A stretch of 39,245 nucleotides of DNA from Nitrospirota bacterium. GTDB taxonomy: Bacteria; UBA2233. Location: the NCBI GenBank assembly GCA_011620345.1, contig WOZJ01000057.1, forward strand, positions 62,001 through 101,245. Reading direction: 5' to 3'. Under the pieces are notes generated by a model that saw only the letters and a list, made by a program, of their open reading frames with translations, searched no databases and was not told where the DNA came from. Of this stretch, positions 34,260 through 39,245 are shown in pieces (the first letter of the stretch is position 1; each line of letters opens with the position of its first letter). The translations under genes were made by a program, and so were the position numbers.

Positions 34260-36416
34260 CTAATAGTTGCCCTCCCCGAGCCTTTCTGGCCTCAGATGAA
34301 TCTTATTGCGCAGCCTGAACTCTTCGAACATAAGCTCTTGTTCAATCCGGTAGCGGTCGATATCGGACGGCGTACGAATGATGTGGGGCGTAAGAAGAAT
34401 AATGAGATTTTGCTTTGTCGCTTGCGTTCCCTCGGTTTTAAACAGGTATCCCAGGATGGGGATAGAGCCTAAAATAGGCACCTTGCTAATTATTTTCGAG
34501 ACGTTCGTATCGATCAGCCCCCCGATGATGATCGTCGCGTTGTCTTTGACAACGGCGTGCGTTTTGGCCGTTCGCTTGTTGGTCGTGTACCCGAATTGGT
34601 CAGTGTATGAGGCGCTCCTGTCAACCTGAGAAACCTCTTGGTAGATCTCGAGCTGGATAAGGTCCCCCTCGGAGATTTTTGGCGTAATCTTGAGGATAAT
34701 GCCCACGGGCTGACGTTCGATGGAACTTTGGGTCATGCCCGTGGCGGTTAGCGTGGTCCCTGCTTGCATGGGCACTTCTTGGCCTACGTTGATTTCGGAC
34801 TCTTGGTTGTCCATGGCCAAAAGGTACGGCGTGGAGAGCACATCCGAGCGGCTGTCCGAGGCCACGGCCTGGATTACGGCCTGCCACAAGGGGATCTGCT
34901 GGCCGCCAATGTTTACCATCCCGCCGCTGATGGCCGTTGCGGCAAAACCAGGTAGCGAAAATGGGTTCATGAACGTAGAGGAAAACGCTTGTCCGCCCGC
35001 TTGAGCGGCGCTAATTCCTCCAGCCCCTGTTTCCAGGCCCGATTGCATTTGGCTTGGCAAAGTCCCGAGTCCTCCCTGACTTGGCAGCATGCCTGTCTCA
35101 TTCCCTTGCGAGGTGCCTGGCCCCCCGCCCGGCAGGGTCTGTCCGCCCACGGCGTTGTTGCCCACGTTGCCGCCGCCCTTTATCCATACGCCCAAGTCCC
35201 TGGACGCGTTGACGCTGAGCGTCGCGATGAGCCCCTGGACAAACACCTGGTTTCTTCGGATGTCGAGCCTTTTTAAGACCGTCTCGATCATGCGGTAGTC
35301 CTGCTGGGATGCAAACACTATGATAGAATTGGTTCCCTTGTCGGCAGCAATCTTTACGGGCCCCTGGAACTGCCCCGTTACAACCCCTAGCTGGGCCTCC
35401 TTGGTGAGAGCCTGCCCGGCTTGGGCGGACGTTTGCTCGCTAAGCTCCGTTCGTGCGAGCTCCTGGAGAACCTTTGCAACCTCTTCGGCGTCTGCATTTT
35501 TTAGGTAATACACGAACATGTTTCCGTAGGTGGAGGGGGTTTGGACATCTAGCCGCTTGACCACCTCCAGGATCTGAGAGGCCTGAGAGGGGTCTGCCAT
35601 GACGATCAAAGAGTTCGTCCGCTCGTCCGGGATAACCTTGAGCATGCCTCCTAACAACTGTCGAGGGGTAGCGCCCCTTTGGGCCCGACCCCTTGTAAGG
35701 AGCCTTCTTGCCGCCGTACCATACCCCTCGCCAAACAATGAGAGGACTTTGTCCGCCATGTCCGTACAGGAGGCATACTCCAAGGGGATGATCATAATCT
35801 TGGAGAAGGTTTCTGCTACGTCAAACTCTTTGGCGAGCTCCTTTAATCTTGAGATGTTGTTGGCCGTGTCGATCAAAATGATGCTGTTTGTCGTCGGATA
35901 GGCGGCGATCAGGCCATCTTGAGACATCATATTTTGCAGAAGCCCGGCCAAGTCCTGACTGTCCACGTACCGGAGCTTGAGCACTTCCGTGACGAACATC
36001 TCGCCTTCTGGCGTCGTGAAGCCGGGCGTAATCAGGGGTAAGGGGACGTTCCTGGCGTCCTTGGTGGGGATGATTTTAATCGCAGGCCCCGCCTTGACCG
36101 CCGTGAAGCCTTTTAGGTTCAACACGGAAAGGAAGATTTGATAGGCCTGATCGACGCTTACCTTGTCCGGCGTTACGATGGATACCTTACCCCTGACGGA
36201 GTCGTCCACGATGAAATTTTTCCCCGTGATTTTCGAGATGAAGCGTACCATCGCCTGGAGGTCGACGTTTTCGAAGTCGATCCGGACGAGGTTGCCCTGT
36301 ATTTCCGCAGGAAGCTCCTGAGCAACGCTAGCCCCCGACGTAAGGAGCGCGAGCAAAGCGCCCAAGGCAGCGAGGATTTTCACGGGGGGCCTGCGACCTC
36401 CAGATTTACAGGGCAT
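34260..36416 (-). CDS. gspD: T2SS secretin GspD
   Basis: Signal peptide, N0 (ITGKNFIVD), N1-N3 repeats (RTNSLIV), secretin domain (VGIILKITP.I, KVPILGSIPILGYLF, LTPHII). Confidence 0.95.
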   Translation of the reverse strand: MPCKSGGRRPPVKILAALGALLALLTSGASVAQELPAEIQGNLVRIDFENVDLQAMVRFISKITGKNFIVDDSVRGKVSIVTPDKVSVDQAYQIFLSVLNLKGFTAVKAGPAIKIIPTKDARNVPLPLITPGFTTPEGEMFVTEVLKLRYVDSQDLAGLLQNMMSQDGLIAAYPTTNSIILIDTANNISRLKELAKEFDVAETFSKIMIIPLEYASCTDMADKVLSLFGEGYGTAARRLLTRGRAQRGATPRQLLGGMLKVIPDERTNSLIVMADPSQASQILEVVKRLDVQTPSTYGNMFVYYLKNADAEEVAKVLQELARTELSEQTSAQAGQALTKEAQLGVVTGQFQGPVKIAADKGTNSIIVFASQQDYRMIETVLKRLDIRRNQVFVQGLIATLSVNASRDLGVWIKGGGNVGNNAVGGQTLPGGGPGTSQGNETGMLPSQGGLGTLPSQMQSGLETGAGGISAAQAGGQAFSSTFMNPFSLPGFAATAISGGMVNIGGQQIPLWQAVIQAVASDSRSDVLSTPYLLAMDNQESEINVGQEVPMQAGTTLTATGMTQSSIERQPVGIILKITPKISEGDLIQLEIYQEVSQVDRSASYTDQFGYTTNKRTAKTHAVVKDNATIIIGGLIDTNVSKIISKVPILGSIPILGYLFKTEGTQATKQNLIILLTPHIIRTPSDIDRYRIEQELMFEEFRLRNKIHLRPERLGEGNY

Positions 36417-36473
36417 TGGCGGGCTCTTGCTTTACCACGGGTTTCCTTCTCTTGAAATTCGTTCAGCCTAAAT

Positions 36474-37853
36474 TTATAGAACTCGAATGAACGCGACAAG
36501 GTCCAGCTTCTCTTCTTTGCTCAGCTTGGTCCCGGAAACAAGGTTGAAAAACTCAACCGTGTCCTCGAGCGTGAGCAACCTCCCGTCGTGAAGGTAGGGC
36601 GGGGAATCCTTGATGCCCCTCAAGGGAAAGGTTTTGATCGGCCCATCTCCGACCATTCTGTGGCCATCTACAGTTTTCGGCTGGAAGAAGCGTTCGGTCT
36701 TTAAATCATGCATCAAGTTGTCCGTATAGTAAGGGGCCGGATGGCAAGTGCCGCACCTTGCCTTGCCGAAAAAGAGCCGTTCTCCGCGTAGTTCTGCTTT
36801 TGAGGCCTTGCCCGGGTCGAGGTAGCCGAAGATATCCAGCTTTGGCGCAGGGGGAAAGTTGAGTATTTCTTGAAACTCGGCCATGGCATGAACCTGATGT
36901 CCCCTATCCAAAATGTTGATCCCCTTTTTAACGGCGATCACGATGTCGCCGTCGAAGTAAGCTCCACGCTGTTCGAACTCCGTGAAATCCTCGACGGTCT
37001 TGAGCGCCCTTTGAGACCCAAATAGCCGCTGAATATTTACCCCTCGAAGGGTTGGAGTATCGATGCGGTGTCGCAGCTCTTGAGGCCTGATGTCGTTTAC
37101 TAAATGAAAAGCCGCGTTGGTATGGCCGTTTGCGTGGCAATCGAAGCAGGCGACGCCAAGGCTAGCCTTTTCCGTTTTTCTGTCTGCGGTCTCGTTGAAC
37201 TCTTGCTGAGGGAAGGGTGTGAGCAAAAGCCTTAATCCTTCGAGTTGTTTGGGGTTTAAAAGTCCGTTAAAAATCTCGAAGTAGTTCATCCTGGTTACGA
37301 GCTGGCCTTTGGAGACATCCCCCAACTCGGGATGGGTTGTTAGGTAGATAGGGGACGGAAACTCCGGCAGGAAGCGGTCTGGAAGGTCAAATTCGACGTC
37401 GAAGCGCTCGAGCGAGCGGCCTTCTTGTTTTTTGATTTCTTCTATTTGGAAGTGGGGATATACTTGGCCTCCCGCCTCGTGCTTAACGTGGGGCAAGGGG
37501 AGGAACCCTTCTGGGTAGAGGCCTTTTTGTTTAATTTCTTCAGGATCCATGCCAGAAAGTCTTTCCCAGGTAACCCCTTGTGGAAGCTTAACCCGAACAC
37601 CTTCCTGAATGGGTTTCCCCTTTGACATTGTCGCACCCGATGGCTTGTCGGATAAATCGTAGCGAAGCTTCAAGTAGTTGAGATGTCGAACCCGGTAGCG
37701 CGGAGCCTCTTTTTTTAGAGTTGTCATGATGGAAGCAAACCCAGCCGTTTGGTCGACAGGCATGTAGCTTGTCTCCGAGGCGAGACCGTCCCCACTGCAG
37801 GCGATTGCCCCGAATAACATTCCAAGGATGCCAAACCTGCTCATTTGGCGCAT
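36474..37853 (-). CDS. Uncharacterised exported di-heme cytochrome c (bCcP/MauG superfamily-related)
   Basis: Two CxxCH motifs (CFDCH, CGTCH), TPTLR, RGE.LFFGKA.C, LRG....PPYLHDG; N-terminal signal with possible lipobox GAIAC; AAGGAG RBS. Confidence 0.85.
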   Translation of the reverse strand: MRQMSRFGILGMLFGAIACSGDGLASETSYMPVDQTAGFASIMTTLKKEAPRYRVRHLNYLKLRYDLSDKPSGATMSKGKPIQEGVRVKLPQGVTWERLSGMDPEEIKQKGLYPEGFLPLPHVKHEAGGQVYPHFQIEEIKKQEGRSLERFDVEFDLPDRFLPEFPSPIYLTTHPELGDVSKGQLVTRMNYFEIFNGLLNPKQLEGLRLLLTPFPQQEFNETADRKTEKASLGVACFDCHANGHTNAAFHLVNDIRPQELRHRIDTPTLRGVNIQRLFGSQRALKTVEDFTEFEQRGAYFDGDIVIAVKKGINILDRGHQVHAMAEFQEILNFPPAPKLDIFGYLDPGKASKAELRGERLFFGKARCGTCHPAPYYTDNLMHDLKTERFFQPKTVDGHRMVGDGPIKTFPLRGIKDSPPYLHDGRLLTLEDTVEFFNLVSGTKLSKEEKLDLVAFIRVL

Positions 37854-37907
37854 AACGGGCTCCTTTTGATTGATTAAGGCCGTGTCAACGGCTTGCCGAA
37901 TAAGGCA

Positions 37908-37937
37908 AGATTAGCATGCAACATGCTTTAGGGGCAA
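37908..37937 (-). promoter_or_regulatory. Putative sigma70 promoter of the di-heme cytochrome gene, with an operator in the spacer
   Basis: TTGCCC-N18-TAATCT with extended -10 TGn; palindrome AGCATG-CAA-CATGCT at 37913-37927. Confidence 0.5.
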
Positions 37938-37988
37938 TCCGAAAAGAGTGGGATAGGACCTCGAGCGATAGGGAATCTGCTTGGGTCG

Positions 37989-38390
37989 CTATTCCCAGGG
38001 CAGCATGGGGCGTACCCAAAGTTTTCGTGCTCTTGGCCCGTCGAACTCGAGAAACAAGACGCCCTGCCATGGTCCAAGTTTGAGCCTCCCTGCTTCCACG
38101 GGGACGAGGACCGACGGGCCGATGAGACTTGTTTTGATGTGAGCATCGGCATTTCCCTCCGCGTGGCTATAGGAGGGTGCCCAAGGAACTAGCCTCTCGA
38201 GGGCTTCGAGAAGGTCCTTCTGGACATTCGGGTCGGCGTTTTCGTTGATTGTGACTGCGGCCGTGCTATGGGGCGAAAAAATTAGGACGGCGCCTTCTTT
38301 TAGGCCAATTTCCTGAATTTTTTGCTCAATCCTAGGCGTAATATCGAGGGATTGAACGCGTGCCTCAGTTTTGATCGCGAGCTCGAACAT
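37989..38390 (-). CDS. yjbQ: YjbQ (UPF0047) family protein
   Basis: DIT, HSTAAVTINENADP.V..D, H.EGNADAHIK, LGPWQGV.F.EFDGPR.R. Confidence 0.93.
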   Translation of the reverse strand: MFELAIKTEARVQSLDITPRIEQKIQEIGLKEGAVLIFSPHSTAAVTINENADPNVQKDLLEALERLVPWAPSYSHAEGNADAHIKTSLIGPSVLVPVEAGRLKLGPWQGVLFLEFDGPRARKLWVRPMLPWE

Positions 38391-38412
38391 AAGCCCTCAC
38401 TTCCCGTATTGG

Positions 38413-38440
38413 TTGACTAGGGTTTTATGCTGGTTATATT
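38413..38440 (+). promoter_or_regulatory. Putative sigma70 promoter of dnaK
   Basis: TTGACT-N16-TATATT. Confidence 0.5.
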
Positions 38441-38594
38441 GTTCCTAGAGCTTCAAGAGGCACAAAAAGCCTTCGTCGATACCCCGGTGTTTCGATGGAT
38501 AAAAGATATTATAGTACTTGAACGGTTACGAGATCAAGCTTTCTTTATCCTTATCTTTGAATAATAAAATGCTCATTTAACAGTGGAGGATACC

Positions 38595-39245
38595 ATGGGA
38601 AAAACCATCGGAATTGACCTAGGCACGACAAACTCCGTTGTTGCCGTGATGGAGGGGGGAGAACCCAAGGTCGTTATCAACGAGGAGGGGTCGCGTTTGA
38701 CACCCTCCGTTGTTGCGTTCACCAAAGAAGGCGAAGTTCTGGTCGGACAGGTAGCTAAACGCCAGGCAATTACCAACTCTGAAAACACTGTCTATTCAAT
38801 AAAGAGGTTTATGGGCCGGAAGTACGACGAGATCGCAGACGAGATTAAAAAGGTCCCTTACAAAGTCGTACGTGCTGACAACGGGGATGCCTGGGTTGAG
38901 GCAGGAGGAAAGCGCTATTCGCCGCCCGAGATTTCTGCATTTATCCTAAGGAAGCTCAAGAAGGCGGCCGAGAACTACCTAGGCGAGCCCGTTACGGATG
39001 CCGTGATCACGGTACCCGCCTATTTCAACGATTCGCAGCGTCAAGCCACGAAGGACGCAGGGCGAATCGCGGGGTTGAATGTGCAGCGCATCATCAACGA
39101 GCCTACGGCAGCGGCTTTGGCTTACGGCTTGGATAAAAAGAAGGAAGAGACGATCGCCGTGTACGACTTTGGCGGAGGAACGTTTGACATCTCGATCCTT
39201 GAGGTGGGCGACAACGTGACCGAAGTCAAGGCGACCAACGGGGAT
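38595..39245 (+). CDS. dnaK: Chaperone DnaK (Hsp70), 5' part, runs off the window
   Basis: [72 protein letters not shown]. Confidence 0.98.
   Translation, partial: MGKTIGIDLGTTNSVVAVMEGGEPKVVINEEGSRLTPSVVAFTKEGEVLVGQVAKRQAITNSENTVYSIKRFMGRKYDEIADEIKKVPYKVVRADNGDAWVEAGGKRYSPPEISAFILRKLKKAAENYLGEPVTDAVITVPAYFNDSQRQATKDAGRIAGLNVQRIINEPTAAALAYGLDKKKEETIAVYDFGGGTFDISILEVGDNVTEVKATNGD

Noticed and set aside
38391-38594. CIRCE element or sigma32 promoter before dnaK
   Set aside because: No TTAGCACTC-N9-GAGTGCTAA, and CTTGAA is not followed by a CCCCAT -10 at the right spacing
1-39245. CRISPR array, prophage, integrase or intact transposase; other short alternate-frame ORFs in the track
   Set aside because: No repeat-spacer periodicity or such genes seen; the remaining small ORFs overlap well-supported genes and lack motifs

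Overview
Gene-dense, moderately GC-rich chromosomal window from a diderm bacterium; gene content and order (khpA, tsaD-rsmA, gsp cluster) suggest a delta-proteobacteria-like lineage, which is an inference. It holds the ffh-rpsP-khpA-rimM-trmD-rplS-rnhB-yraN-cinA-like operon (-), tsaD-rsmA (+), two outer-membrane beta-barrel genes (-), tRNA-Thr(CGT) followed by rpmH-rnpA-yidD-yidC-mnmE-mnmG-chaN-pepN (+), a usp gene plus an unusual two-domain MtnA/IF-2B-family gene (-), a GT2/flippase-like/UDP-uronate epimerase module and a stand-alone LON domain (+), tRNA-fMet (-), a FabL-like reductase (+), a type II secretion cluster gspDEFGHIJKLM (-), an uncharacterised di-heme cytochrome c (-), yjbQ (-) and the 5' part of dnaK (+). 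The most striking non-obvious feature is a ~210-bp non-autonomous IS607-like element inserted at a GG at the rimM start. It keeps both ends, a promoter-like site and the tnpB 3' tail/omega-RNA scaffold, whose guide would be the rimM 5' end. Other leads are a shared palindromic operator in front of the porin pair and the di-heme gene, loss of the canonical heme ligand and bridging Trp in the di-heme protein, a probable ATT start for gspE, and an internally duplicated MtnA-like protein. All family assignments come from motif recognition without database searches.
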